Part shown: positions 1 to 12,501 of the stretch, piece by piece
Position numbering within the stretch: the first letter of the stretch is position 1
How the letters are laid out: each line of letters starts with the position of its first letter
Source of the DNA: Eledone cirrhosa
Lineage: Eukaryota
Direction of reading: 5' to 3'
NCBI GenBank assembly: GCA_964016885.1
Contig: OZ024743.1
Location: 54,250,001-54,314,000 of the forward strand
Length of the DNA stretch: 64,000 nucleotides
Program-made: the position numbers and the translations under genes
The notes under the pieces: model-generated
Database searches by the model: none
What the model was told of the DNA's origin: nothing
What the model saw: the letters and a program-made list of their open reading frames with translations, nothing else

Positions 1-180
1 AACCAGCGGCTCAGTAGTTACCGATGATGTTGATCTTTTCTTCTTTTCGGGTTATAGCTACTGTCGCTCAGAGAGTAGGATTGGCTCAGTGCACAGTCTT
101 TCCTCACTTTAAAAATATTCTTCACGCACAAGCATTGCACGATTGCATTAATTAATAATTATTAATAGTGTAGTATATAA

Positions 181-273
181 GGTTAACTTTGCCTTTCATC
201 CTTACAGGGTCGATAAAATAAAGTACCAGTAATGCACTGATAATTACTGGCCTTGTGCCAAAAATAGAAACAA
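181..273 (+). mobile_element. 3' half of MetaSINE-like tRNA-derived SINE
   Basis: Core GCCTTTCATCCTTACAGGGTCGATAAAATAAAGTACCAG...GCTGGCCTTGTGCCAAAA shared with about 20 copies in the window; followed by an (ATT)n tail. Confidence 0.8.
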
Positions 274-399
274 TTATTATTATTATTATTATTGTTACTA
301 TTATTATTACTTGTTTTTTTCTTTTCCCAATTCAATGATGTTCCAAAACAATATAAAAGAGATAATTGTCAATAAGGGTTCTGGAACAAAAGAGATAAT

Positions 400-3300
400 T
401 GGCAATAAGAGCAGGGACCTCAGGTTATCACAGCCTGGGGCTGCTCGTCATCGTGCCACTGTAATAGAGCCAAACAAGGTATTTAGTCTTGGCTGCTGGA
501 ACGTACGGACGCTGCTTGACAGAGATTCCTTGGAACGTCCTGAACGAAGGACCGCTCTTGTTGCAAAGGAGCTTTGACATAGTAGCTTTATCTGAGACGA
601 GGTTAGCTGGAGATGGTCATCTTACAGAATTTTGTGGAGAATATACATTCTTCTGGAAAGGAAGAGATGAAGGAACCAGAAGAGAGGCTGGCGTAGCATT
701 TGCTGTTAAGACTGTTCTTGTGAATAAATTAGAAGAATTCCAGTAGGGATTAGTGAGCGACTTATGAGAATTCCGCTGGACAAAGGAAGATATGCGACCC
801 TGGTGAGTGTGTATGCTCCAACTATGAATTCTGTCGATGAAGAAAAAAAATGTCCTTTTACCATGCCTTGAAAGGTGTTTTAAGAAATATCCCTCAAGCC
901 CACAAAGTAATCGTGCTTGGTGACTTTAATGCTAGAGTGGGTAAGGATTTTAATACATGGAATGTAATCGGAAGGCATGGGGTGGGAAAGTGCAACAACA
1001 ATGATATGCTCCTGCTGCAGATGTGTTGGAACACCATGTTCCAACAAAAGAACAAATTTAAGACTACATGGATGCATCCTGCATCTAAGGAATGGCATCT
1101 TTGGACTACGTTCTAGTCAGGATGCGTGACATGTGCAGTGTGTTCGTGCTCTTCGTGGAGCTGAGCGCTGGACGGACCACCGCCTGGTACGCGCAAAAGT
1201 GAAACTAATCACTAAACGTAAAATCCGGGCTCCTGGTGTTGCCCTGCCCAGAAGATTGAATGCTGCTCGTCTTAGGGATAAAAACGTGAAGAGGACATTG
1301 CGAGAAGAGATGCAGGTTGCAGATCTTGGTGAGGATTGGCCGACCCTTAAAAAGTCGGTTTATGATGTAGGCAGGCGTGTTCTGAGATTGGTGCAGTGAA
1401 AACATCAAGACTTGTTTAATGAGAATAATGAACATATAGAAGACTTGTTGGCTGATAAGAGGCGTGCTCTGTCACGCTACTTGGCGGCAAAACCACCGGA
1501 GAAGAATATGTTGCATAAGGAACTCAAGGATGTGAAATCACGTGTTAGGCGGAGTCTTTCTCAGATGAAGGATCAGTGGTGGAGTGAGAAGGCTGATGAG
1601 ATACAAACTGCGTCAGATTCCAATAACACAAAGCTGTTGAACAGTCTTTTTTCGTGAAGTTTATGGACCCTCTTCTTCTCTGGTGACACCGCTTCGCAGC
1701 AAGGATGGCAAAGAACTTTTTGTGACTCACAAGGAATTCTACGAAGGTGGCGAGAGCACTTTCATGAGCTTTTGAATCAGCCGTCTGTCGTCAATGAAGA
1801 TTTCCTCAATCTCATTCCAGAAAGTCCTGTGAAAGTAGCTCTCACAGAACCTCCGACACTTGTGGAGGTTGCAGTGGCTATCTCGAAGCTGAACAGTGGA
1901 AGGTCTCCAGGTATGGATGGCATACATGCAGAGCTCCTACAATATGGTGGTGAGAGACTCCTGCAACATCTTCACTCTTTGTTTGGCAGGATATGGGCTA
2001 ATGAATCCGTACCTGAGGACTGGAGCGGTGCAGTAATGGTGGTCTTGTACAAGGGAAAGGGTAACAGGAATGATTGTGGGAACTACAGAGGTATATCATT
2101 GCTTTCTGTCGTAGGGAAAGTTTTATGTAGGGTGCTTCTTGACCGTCTGCTGACACACATTGCAGATTGTGTTCTTCCTGAAAGTCAATCTGGTTTTCGT
2201 GCTGGACGCGGCACTACTGATATAATCCTCTCAGCTAGACAGCTCCAGGAGAAGTGCATGGAACAAGGTTTGGATCTGTATCAGGTTTTTGTCGATCTGA
2301 CAAAAGCTTTCGATACTGTTAACAGAAATGTATTATAGAAGGTTCTCCAGAAACTTGGTTGCGCTGATAAGTTCCTTGCTTTAGTTAGGTCTTTCCATGA
2401 CGACATGAAGGCTTGGGTTAATGTCGGAGGTAACATGTCGGAGCCTATCTCAGTAACAAATGGAGTGAAACAGGGGGATATTCCAGTACCGACCCTGTTT
2501 GCCATATACTTTGCAATGGTTTTCTATATTGCATTCAGGAATTGCGAGCCTGGTGTTTACATCCGATATCAAGCCTCAGGCAGCATATTTAATATCAGGC
2601 CCTTTACTGCGAAAACAAAAGTATTTACATCAATCACAAGCGACCTCTTGTATGCAGATGATTGCGATCTTGTAGCGCACACAGAGAGTGATATGCAGCA
2701 CATTTTGAATGCCTTTTCTAATGCTTGCACTGCCCTAGTATTGACTGTCAGTCTCAAGAAAACCGTCGTCATGTACCAACCTGCCCCTGGTAGGCAGTAC
2801 AGTGAACCAAATATTTATGTGTATGGTAAACGACTTGGAGTGGTTGATCAGTTTGTCTACCTGGGAATCACTGTCAATCGATACAGCAACCTTGATAATG
2901 AAATCCCACTCAGGATTAGGAAAGCAAGTGATGCTTTCGGAAAGCTAGAAAGGCGACTCTGGGGTCGGCGAGACATATGCAAGAAGACAAAAGTAAAGAT
3001 GTACACGGCATGTGTGCTCTCTTCTCTTCTTTATGCCTGCGAGCCCTGGGTCACATATCGACACCACCTTAAGCAATTGGCGCGTTTCCATCAGATGTGT
3101 CTCAGACGGATCCATGGCGTTCACTGGAGGGACCACATCAGTGATGTCGAGATTTTGGAAAGCTCTCTGTGTGACAGTATAGAAGCTCTTGTGCTTAAGC
3201 AACGACTCCGTTGGAGCTGTCACCTTGCCAGGATGAAGGATTCTAGAATACCAAAACAACTCATTTATGGAGTTAGTTAAAGGAAAACGACCGCCACATA

Positions 3301-3880
3301 AACCAAAAAAAGAGGTACCTATAAGGATTCCCCGAAAACCTCTTTGATAGACGCTAACATCTCTGCTGATACATGGGAAAATGTTGCTGCTGATCGTAAT
3401 AAATGGAGAAAGACTGTATATGAGGTAAAAGTTGCCTTTGAAGCATCTCGAATCGCATACGAGAAAGTAAAGCAGAATGTGAGGAAGGGCATTGCTGTTG
3501 CATTTCCAGACGGCGAAGGTCCTCCTATGGCGCTGACAGCCAGCTTCTGTGCAAGACACTGCCTAAGCAAAGCTGGACTCGAAAGTAATCTTCGAAGTCA
3601 TTAAGTAAAACCAGTGGTTGACTACCAGGCTGCTGTTGGAGGTGCTGCTCATCATGCTTGCCAAACATGTGGTAGAGAATGTAAATCAGCAGGAGGGCTC
3701 AAACGACATGCAATAGTACATGAACTCCAACCACAGCCGGCTATTCCTAGTGAATGTTTTAGTTGCCAACTCTGTGTAAGACATTTTAGATCATTGGCTG
3801 GGCTAAAAAGCCACATTCGATCGCAGCGCTGTTAATTGCTATCAGGTGTGTGTGTGTGTAGATATGTTTATGTGTATGCG

Positions 3881-3945
<65 letters not shown>

Positions 3946-4083
3946 ATTAATATTGTTGTTGTTGTCGTTATTATTGTTGTTGTTGTTATTATTATTATTG
4001 TTATTATTATGGTTTATTTTTTTTTGGGGGGGGGGGGGTTCTCGTGCAATGGCCATACTTGATAACGAGGGGGCAGCCATCAT
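400..4083 (+). mobile_element. RTE-clade (BovB-like) LINE, near full length, decayed; 5' boundary approximate
   Basis: Collinear APE endonuclease, RT and C-terminal domains; microsatellite-containing 3'UTR ending GCAGCCATCAT at a (TA)n tract. Confidence 0.9.
478..3835 (+). pseudogene. RTE ORF (APE endonuclease + reverse transcriptase + C2H2 fingers) with multiple frameshifts and stops
   Basis: [29 protein letters not shown] (APE); SPGMDGI, NYRGISLLS, QSGFRAGRGT, FVDLTKAFDTV, GVKQGD, LLYADD, FVYLG (RT); CxxC..H..H fingers at 3538-3835. Confidence 0.92.
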
Positions 4084-4311
4084 ATATATATATATAATTG
4101 GTGTTGGATGCTTAAAGCGTCCATATGTGGTAGGCCGTATGAGCACTCGATGCACTCATAGAGCAGAGTATGATATCACAGAAAAAAAATTGCGATTTTC
4201 AGAGTCAGGTTCGATCATCACATCGATCGTGCCTCGAGCTTGTCGCCAGAGAAACGATTGTAATATGTCCAATAAATTCCATTCGTTGCAACACTGATTC
4301 TCTTTGTTTCT

Positions 4312-4363
<52 letters not shown>

Positions 4364-4367
<4 letters not shown>

Positions 4368-6430
4368 AAAAGAATCCACCAAGCAACAAATTACTTACTA
4401 AATTTGAAAATGAAGTAATATCTATTATACAAAACATTAAATAAAATAAAAAATAATTATTAGGCCAGGAATACCTTAAAGCCCTCAAGAATAATATAGA
4501 CAATCTTGAAAAAACTAAGAAGATCCTCGTAAAATCTGATAACTCTAATAATTTATATGGGATGGAAAAGGACGAATACAATAACCCTATATTGAAAGAA
4601 CTCAGAAAAAACTACAAAATAACCACAAATGAAGATCTTTCAACGTTAAATAGAGAAGCTTCCGAAATTATTCATAAATTAGGCATCCAAAATAGGACTG
4701 AACCCTTTATACATAGAAAACCGAAAATTAACCTGAAAGACCACAAAAGAAATTTTGAAATAGAACTACCAATCAGACGCATAGCACCATCTAAATCAGA
4801 CTTAGGCATAATTAGCAAACATATATTAGATAGACTTATACCACAACTTAAAGAAAAATCACACCTGAAACTATGGAACGGTACTAACGAAGTTATAGAT
4901 TGGTTTAATAACATAAAATTAAAACAACAAAAAATTCATTCAAATGGATATTGCAAATTACTCCTCCTCTATTACTCCTAGTTTACTTAATAAGGCTCTT
5001 AATTACGCATCTAAACATACAGACCTATCTAGTGACGAAATGAATATAATTCTAACAGCACGGAAAACACTAATATAATTCAATAATCATCTCTGGACAA
5101 GAGCCGACAGAAAAAAACAATTTTGATATCAGTATGGGATCATCTGACTCGGCGCAAATAACGGATCTCGTTGGTTTATGTATTAATAATGTACTGCATA
5201 GGAAAATGCCAGAGATGACCGGTGGTTTATATCGTGACGATATGCTGCTTTTAATTGAAAACCATAGCAATTGTGAAATTAATAGGAAAAGAAAATCCAT
5301 AATACAATTCTTCAATAACTACAACCTTAAGTTAGAAATAGAGAATAACTACAAAATCGTTAACTTCTTAGATGTAACTTTAAACCTTAGCACAGGTCTT
5401 TACTATACTTTCCATAAAATTAACGAAAATCTAAATTATGTAAGTTTTAACTCTAATCATCGTAGAAGTATTAAAAACACTATTGTCAATAGTGTCAAAC
5501 AACGGATTTCACGCATCTCTGCTAATAAAAATATGTTTGATGATAAGGCAGAGTATTATAATGAAGCTTTAAATAGAGCAGGATATTCGAATAAAATTAA
5601 ATACATTGATAACAATAACATGGCAAATCATCCTAGTACTAATTATAATAATAATAAACAATTTAACTTAAACACTAAACCAAACAAAAAAAACTACAAC
5701 TAGAAATATTATTTGGTACTCCCCCCCATTCTCATTAAGCGTTAAAAGACATTTAGCAAAGCTATTCTTTAAAGCACTAGATAAATGTTTTCCTACAGCC
5801 CGCATATACCACTCTATTTTTAACAGACATACTATAAAACTATCCTACTCTACTACTATGAACATACCACAAAATATAAATAGAATTAATAATAGAAACT
5901 TAAATTTAAACCCTAACCAAAATAACCAAAATAGCAATAATAATATTTCTAGCAATATCCAGTATAATAGTACTGTTCCGAGCAACAACAACTCCATAAA
6001 ATGTAACTGTAGAATCAAATCAAACTGCTCTTTACAAAATAATTGTTTAGATAAAAACGTAGTTTATAAATGCACAGTTAAAACTAGAGATAAACTATTT
6101 AAGTATGTTGGTGCCACTTCTACAAAATTTAAAGAACGCTGGAATAACCATAATCATACTTTTAAAAGATCTGATAAAAAATCTTCTACTTCACTTTCAC
6201 AACTTATATGGAACTTAAAAGGCAAGAATATAGACTATTCAATATCTTGGAAAACAATTTCAGTAGCACCTGCGTACTGTAATATGGCTTTATCAAGATT
6301 CTGTAAATTGTGTATCGAAGAAATTTTTTATATAATTAACTGTCAAAACTCTATTAATCTCAGAACAGAATTATTTTCTTCTTGCAGACATCGCCAAAAT
6401 TCCACGCTCAGAACTATGTTTAATTTATAA
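4364..6430 (+). pseudogene. PLE reverse transcriptase / GIY-YIG endonuclease, frameshifted
   Basis: VKSDNSNNLY, LKDHK, PSKSDLGIISKHILD, MGSSDSAQITDLVG, GGLYRDD, NFLDVTL, CNCRIKSNC (CxCx5C), VVYKC..YVGATSTKFKERWNNH, CKLCIEE, CRH. Confidence 0.9.
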
Positions 6431-6562
6431 TATTCCTATAAATCTCAAAATGATCCTATCCCCTTTCACAATTTAAAATTTTTAATATTTTTAATATTTT
6501 AATATTTCTAAATGTGAAAATCTCTAATATTTGTTATACTTTTACCTGTCAGAAAAAAATCT

Positions 6563-6640
<78 letters not shown>

Positions 6641-7491
6641 GTGTGTATGTGTATAAATTTTAATTTTTAATTTTTAATTCGTACATTATTATTTTTTCTA
6701 ATGACACCCTCTAAATATATATTTTTTAGATGTAGATTGATAATCGTTAACTGACATTAGAAAAATAAATCCTCTTCACGACAGTTTCTTAGATAAGCAC
6801 ATTACGTATCTCCTCTTTTTTGATTTTCCAACATTCACAATCTTTCGACTAAAATAATGAATCTCACACTAACTAATATATAATTTCCTAAATCACTCTT
6901 CAAATTTATCGATTAACAAACAAAATTGGAGTTATCTTTCCTTTCTCAATCGTGTAATCTCATCTCATAACTTGAAATACCTATTTATTTACATAAAACA
7001 CAAAATAAACACCCTCGTAACTCATATTATAAACAACTAATAATTGTAAATTTTCTATATCTCTTTAATACTAATACATATGCAATTATTAATATATACA
7101 GATATTTATACATATAACCTACTACAATATTGTAATAAGATAAATACTTACAAACATAATTCTCCATATAAGTATATACATAATATAGGTAAATATTCAA
7201 ATTTCCCCCAAAAATGAACGTAAATACGATGTCCTCTTTTCTTTTTTTCCTTCTTCTTTCTTTTTCTTCCTTTTCTTTTTTTCCTACACATAAAAACATA
7301 TCTAAATTCTCCATAGCGTCTAAAATAATGGGTTTTTTTTCAAACATATACCTCAACCTCATTTACATATTCATTTGCATACTCATCCTATCAATTTTGA
7401 AAAAATCTGTCTTTAAGTCCACTATCCAAGGAAAACTTCAACCTTTAAGGTATGTTCCTTGGCTATGTCAAAATTTATAAAACGCACTTTG

Positions 7492-7553
7492 TATTTTATC
7501 TGATGAAAGCGTACCAAAGTTTTTGGTACATTTGAAATATATATAATAGAATA
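7492..7553 (+). ncRNA. Type I hammerhead ribozyme (PLE pLTR)
   Basis: Stem I TATTTTAT/ATAGAATA; core CTGATGA (7500) and GAAA (7534); stem II AAGCGTACCAAA/TTTGGTACATTT; palindromic stem III; predicted cleavage after 7545. Confidence 0.85.
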
Positions 7554-9223
7554 AATATGGTTTTATAAATATAGTTTCCATTTATTTAATATCATTATAT
7601 ATATATAAATTTAAAATGTAATATATAACTCATCTTATTAAACCTATCGATAAATCATTAGATTCCTTCATACGACTGCCAAAAACTCTCTTAAATGAAG
7701 AAAAATATTTTCCTTAAAAATTTTTCCTTGAAAATTCTTCTAGATAAACATACTGTAAGTTTTTAAAAAATGGGTATAACAAATTAAGATAAACATACTG
7801 AAAGTTTCTAAAAAAAAGGAATTTTTGTTAATTCCTCTGATGGATATAAAAAATTATAATTCATATTTTATACTGTGTTTTTTCTATATATTCTTATATA
7901 TATTTTAAAAATTATATTGCTTAAAAATTATATTGCTTAAAAATATAATTCCTTTTAAAATTATATAATTATATTTTTTAAAATTGTAATTCCTTTTAAA
8001 ATTATAATCCTTTTTAAAAGTTTAACTCATATTTTATTTTATATTATGTATTTTGTTTTTATATATATGTATATATATATGTGTGTGTATATGTATGTAT
8101 ATATATATATGTGTGTATATATGTGTATGTCTATGTATATGTATACATGTATGTATGTCTTTGTATGTGTGTATATATATCGAAATGTATAATTTGAATA
8201 CATTCTATGAATGAACTCGTATAAAAGGTTTTTTACGGTTTATGCTTTAGATATATTCTTATGAAAAACTTTAAACATTAAGACGTTATAGTAAACAAAC
8301 TTATATTTTAACAGTCACAACTGTATAACAGGTGGATTTATAAAATATATAAAATTTATAAAATTATAACTTACTATAAAATAATATAAGGTTTTCTTAT
8401 AATCTTAACTTTTTTATCATCTTAACCTTTATAACATTTAATCCTTAGAGCTATGTAAATTACAAATAAATCAATTAATTTCCTTCACGCTGTATTGCTA
8501 TTATTAAGAAGAGATTTTTCTTCGGTAAAATCTCTGAATTTTCATGGGTTTAGAAACATTCCAATATTTTAAACATATATTTTAAACATAAAAATTTTTT
8601 ATTTTTTATTATTTCTTATAATTTTTAATGTTAATTAATTGAAAAATTGATAATTAATTGTTGTTTGATGATTAATAATAAATTTGTATATGGTTATGTA
8701 ATAATAACATATATTTTAATAATATTTTTTAATAGTATATATATATATGTATATATATATTCTTTTAATAATATATAGATCTCAATTTTTAATTTATAGA
8801 TCTCAATAATTTAATTGATAAATTAAACATTTAATCAAATTTAAACATTAGATAAAATTCTCCGGTTATTATTATTTATTTATTTATTTATCCACGCTTT
8901 ATTTACTCCGCGTAATTCATTCACTATATATTTATTTTTTCGCTTCATCATCTCATAAATTACGTTAATACAACACTCTCTCACTTAGGGTTTTCTCTCT
9001 TTCTCTTTCTTTTGTTTCCCTTCTTTGGGTTTGCTCTTTCTTTTTCTTTTTTCCCTATTCCAACGGCTTAATTTAAATGTACGGGATTTAAACCTCTCCG
9101 ACACTAATTTGCATTATAGACCAATAATAAAATTAGTAACCCCACTATCCGGGAGCTTCCAACCAACATGGTCGCATTCTTTAAAGGTATGTCAATATTT
9201 GTTTATAAAACTGATCTATATTA

Positions 9224-9288
9224 TATTTTATCTGATGAAAGCGCACCATAATTTGCTTTGGTGTCCTTGAAATATATATAATGAAATA
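9224..9288 (+). ncRNA. Type I hammerhead ribozyme, diverged paralog of the 7492 copy
   Basis: Stem I TATTTTAT/ATGAAATA; CTGATGA (9232); stem II AAGCGCACCA/TGGTGTCCTT; GAAA (9269) TATATATA. Confidence 0.85.
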
Positions 9289-9343
9289 AATATGGTTTTA
9301 TAAATATAGTTTCCATTTGTTAATATATTGTATATATATATAT

Positions 9344-9985
9344 AAAAGAAAATTTTCGCTCTACATGGCTGAATACAATAAAGGTAATCTGAGTTTTTCG
9401 AATATTAATAATAACATTCGATTCGTTTGCAATTATGCAAACAAGCCTCAATTTTATAGCCATGCCAGTAGAATGAACCCTTCATTCTTGCTCTTGTGTT
9501 GGCATGTGAACAGAACTGCAGACACTAATGTTTCGAAAAACTCAGATTACATTTATTGTATTCAGCCATGTAGAGCGAAGATTTCCTTTTTAATTTGAAT
9601 TTGGCAAAGCCGGCCATTTATCGCTCGTATACAGGAAACTGACTGGCCAGTCTGCTGATATGCAAATCTGGCTGATCAGTGGATCTGCTAATATGCAGAT
9701 CTGACTGATCAGTCAGTCTGCTAATATGCAAATCAGGCCGATCAGTCACTGTATTTTTTAAAATAGCATATATTTTCGCTAGCTCTGACAGTTTGGCAGG
9801 TGAACAGTGAGCTGTACTGATGAAGGGTGATACCCAAAAACATTAGTGTCTGCAGTTCTGTTCACATGCCAACACAAGAGCAAGAATGAAGGGTTCATTC
9901 TACTGACATGGCAATAAAATTGAGGCTTGTTTGCATAATTGTAAACGAATCGAATGTTATTAATATTCGAAAAACTCACATTATA
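9344..9985 (+). mobile_element. Non-coding PLE/retrozyme-like element: inverted partial copy plus ~434-bp forward unit with degenerate HHR
   Basis: 9344-9400 inverts 9532-9592; 9385-9533 inverts 9838-9985; CTGATGAAGGGTGATACCC-AAAA at 9817; flanked by (TA)n. Confidence 0.65.
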
Positions 9986-10012
9986 TTTATATATATATAT
10001 AAATTTAATCTG

Positions 10013-10056
<44 letters not shown>

Positions 10057-10145
10057 ATAATAATAAATTTGAAGACTAAAATCCAAAGAGGGCTCGATAA
10101 GGATAAATATATATCAAATATATAAGAACCGTAGAGCAAATATTT

Positions 10146-10293
10146 ATTAAAATAACAGATTAAAGTTTAAGCAAAGAATCGGTGCTTTCACACTTAACGG
10201 GATCTTCTGAAACTCAGAGTTCTGAGTTTCAGAAGATCCCGTTAAGGGTGAAAGCAGCGATTCTTTGCTTAAACTTTAATCTGTTATTTTAAT
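10146..10293. repeat. 148-bp near-perfect palindrome
   Basis: Arms ATTAAAATAACAGATT...ACTCAGA / TCTGAGT...AATCTGTTATTTTAAT, 2-nt loop, about 2 mismatches. Confidence 0.9.
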
Positions 10294-10639
10294 TTAAAAA
10301 AAAAAAAATATATATATATATATATAGTAAAAGAGTGAAGAATAACGTGGTCGGCTGTACAATATGGTTTATTTAAAGTATTGACAATTGTTTCATTAGT
10401 CTGGTGTGTCTAAAATTCGCTGATCGTTATATATATATAAATTAAATCGACCGCAGTGCGTTACTGGTATTTACCTTATCAACCCCGAAAAATAATACTT
10501 TACTCAGAACGTAAAGAGGCGTTACACATTTTGTTCGACGCTCTTCCGATACTACCAATCACTCGTCCTATTAATACGAGATAAATCAATAACATAAAAA
10601 CTGTCGCACACGAAGTACTTAATTCATTTATCAGAAAAA

Positions 10640-10935
10640 ATTCTTGTCCATCCAGCGGATCCTGTCAGAAGCAAGTCTCCAACTGATTCGGCTGGTTCCC
10701 TAAGTGAGACCAGCGAAGCTCATGGATGTTATCCAACCATCTTCCCCAGAGTCTACCCTTGGATCTCCTGTTGGTTGGTTTTCCCTGTAAAATCTGTCCA
10801 GAGACTCTTTCGTGAGACATTCTAACCAGAGTATCGGAGCTGTGATCTCTCCATTCGAAAAAGTAGCGACTCTAACTGGAGTTACTCTCTGATCTCCGAG
10901 CTTCGCTCTCTAGGAAACCTGCTCGGTAAACTCTA
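10640..10935 (-). mobile_element. RTE-like LINE 3' remnant
   Basis: Minus strand reads LVRMSHERVSGQILQGKPTNRRSKGRLWGRWLDNI, like an RTE C-terminus (RxxGRPxxRW). Confidence 0.6.
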
Positions 10936-12020
10936 CATGGGGTCAAAACATACCTCTCAAAATACAATTAACCAGCTAAATATAATCAAAATTATAATTC
11001 AACAGAAACACCCTTTGTACCAGAGATCTTCTAACGGTGTGCTTAGTATACACATGCACGCAAACATTTTCTCGCCTCTTCTCTCACGCACACACGCACA
11101 CACGCGCGCGCGCACATAACTATATCTATCTATCTATATCAAGAGTTGAATGGCTTTCCCTTCGAAACAGGACCTTTGCTACCACTAGGCTAACTAAGCA
11201 GCCACATAAGCCACAAATCTCGTAGAGATTGTACCGCTTGGTATAAGACCGGAGAAGGGGTAGCGTTACCTATTTTTCGGTGTCATGAGACAGGATTTGA
11301 ACTTAGAAGGCACAAACCTGTAACATATACCCAAAGCAGTCTATCCCGCCCTTTAATGATTCCCACAATCTACAGGTTCTAGATCGGTACTTTGTTTATA
11401 GGCTCTGAAAAGATAAAAGACAAAGTTGTCATCTGAAAGATTTGAACTCATATCGCATGAGGATGAGACAAATACCGAGGCACTTATTTAATTCGATGCA
11501 CTAACAACACAGCTAATTCGTCGCCTTTCTGATAGATTTAGACTATTTATTTATTTATTTTCTACTGGGATAGGAAAATATCATTTCAAATAAACAATGA
11601 CAAATGTCTGTAAGAAACCTGTTACGACTGTGCTTATATACTATCACTGAGTTAGTGTGCAAATAGCGAAGATGATAAACATATTTTATACAAAACACCA
11701 AGCTTTTCCTGTTAGAATAGCAATGTTTTTTGGAATAACTATACGATAAATATGTAATCTTGCAACGTTATATGTACAGGCTAAAATGGCGTCATTGATT
11801 TTGTTTGACATAAGCACTAAATATGGATTTATTTCTAACTATTTCCTGTTTATAACCTTTCTCCGTCGCCCTTTTTCTACCTACACCAACCAACACAATT
11901 CCCAAAGCCCCGCAGCCATTTCGTGTTCTTTGCCATCATTTTCCATGTTGTTCCTTCTTTCTTTTCTTTTTTTTATACTGCGAGTTATTTTTCTTGTTAC
12001 TTGTTTGCCTGTTTGTATAC

Positions 12021-12021
<1 letters not shown>

Positions 12022-12104
<83 letters not shown>

Positions 12105-12468
12105 GAAAGAGAGAGAGGGAGGGAGAGAAGGGGGAAGAGATAGAGGGAGAATGATTGCCTATGTGTATGAGAGAAAGTGATTGCTTGTGTATGTGACATA
12201 GAGAAAGAGAGAGAAAGAAAGAGAGAGAGAGAGAGAGGGAGAGAGAGAGAGAGCGACAGAGACGGGGCGTGATCACCTTTGTGTTTGTGAGAGAGAGATT
12301 GAGTGTGTGTGCATGTGGGCGCGCGCGTGTGTGTGTGTGTTTGCCTGTGTCTGTGTATATTTCTCTCTGTGCATGTGTCTTTCTCTCTGCGTATGAGCGT
12401 CTGTGCATGTTAAATCTGCGAGTGTATATGTGTTTGTGTGTGTGTGTGTGAAAAAGAGAGAGAGAGTG

Positions 12469-12501
<33 letters not shown>

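Larger units (their letters stand above)
4364..7600 (+). mobile_element. Penelope-like element (Naiad-like), 5'-truncated, with 3' pseudo-LTR; starts at a (TA)n tract
   Basis: RT + GIY-YIG ORF remnants followed by an AT-rich 3' region carrying a hammerhead and AATAAA. Confidence 0.88.

Noticed and set aside
4364-7000. Selenoprotein-type Naiad (in-frame UGA plus SECIS)
   Set aside because: The conserved Cys codons read here are TGT/TGC, the ORF breaks are frameshifts or TAA/TAG, and no SECIS was recognised.
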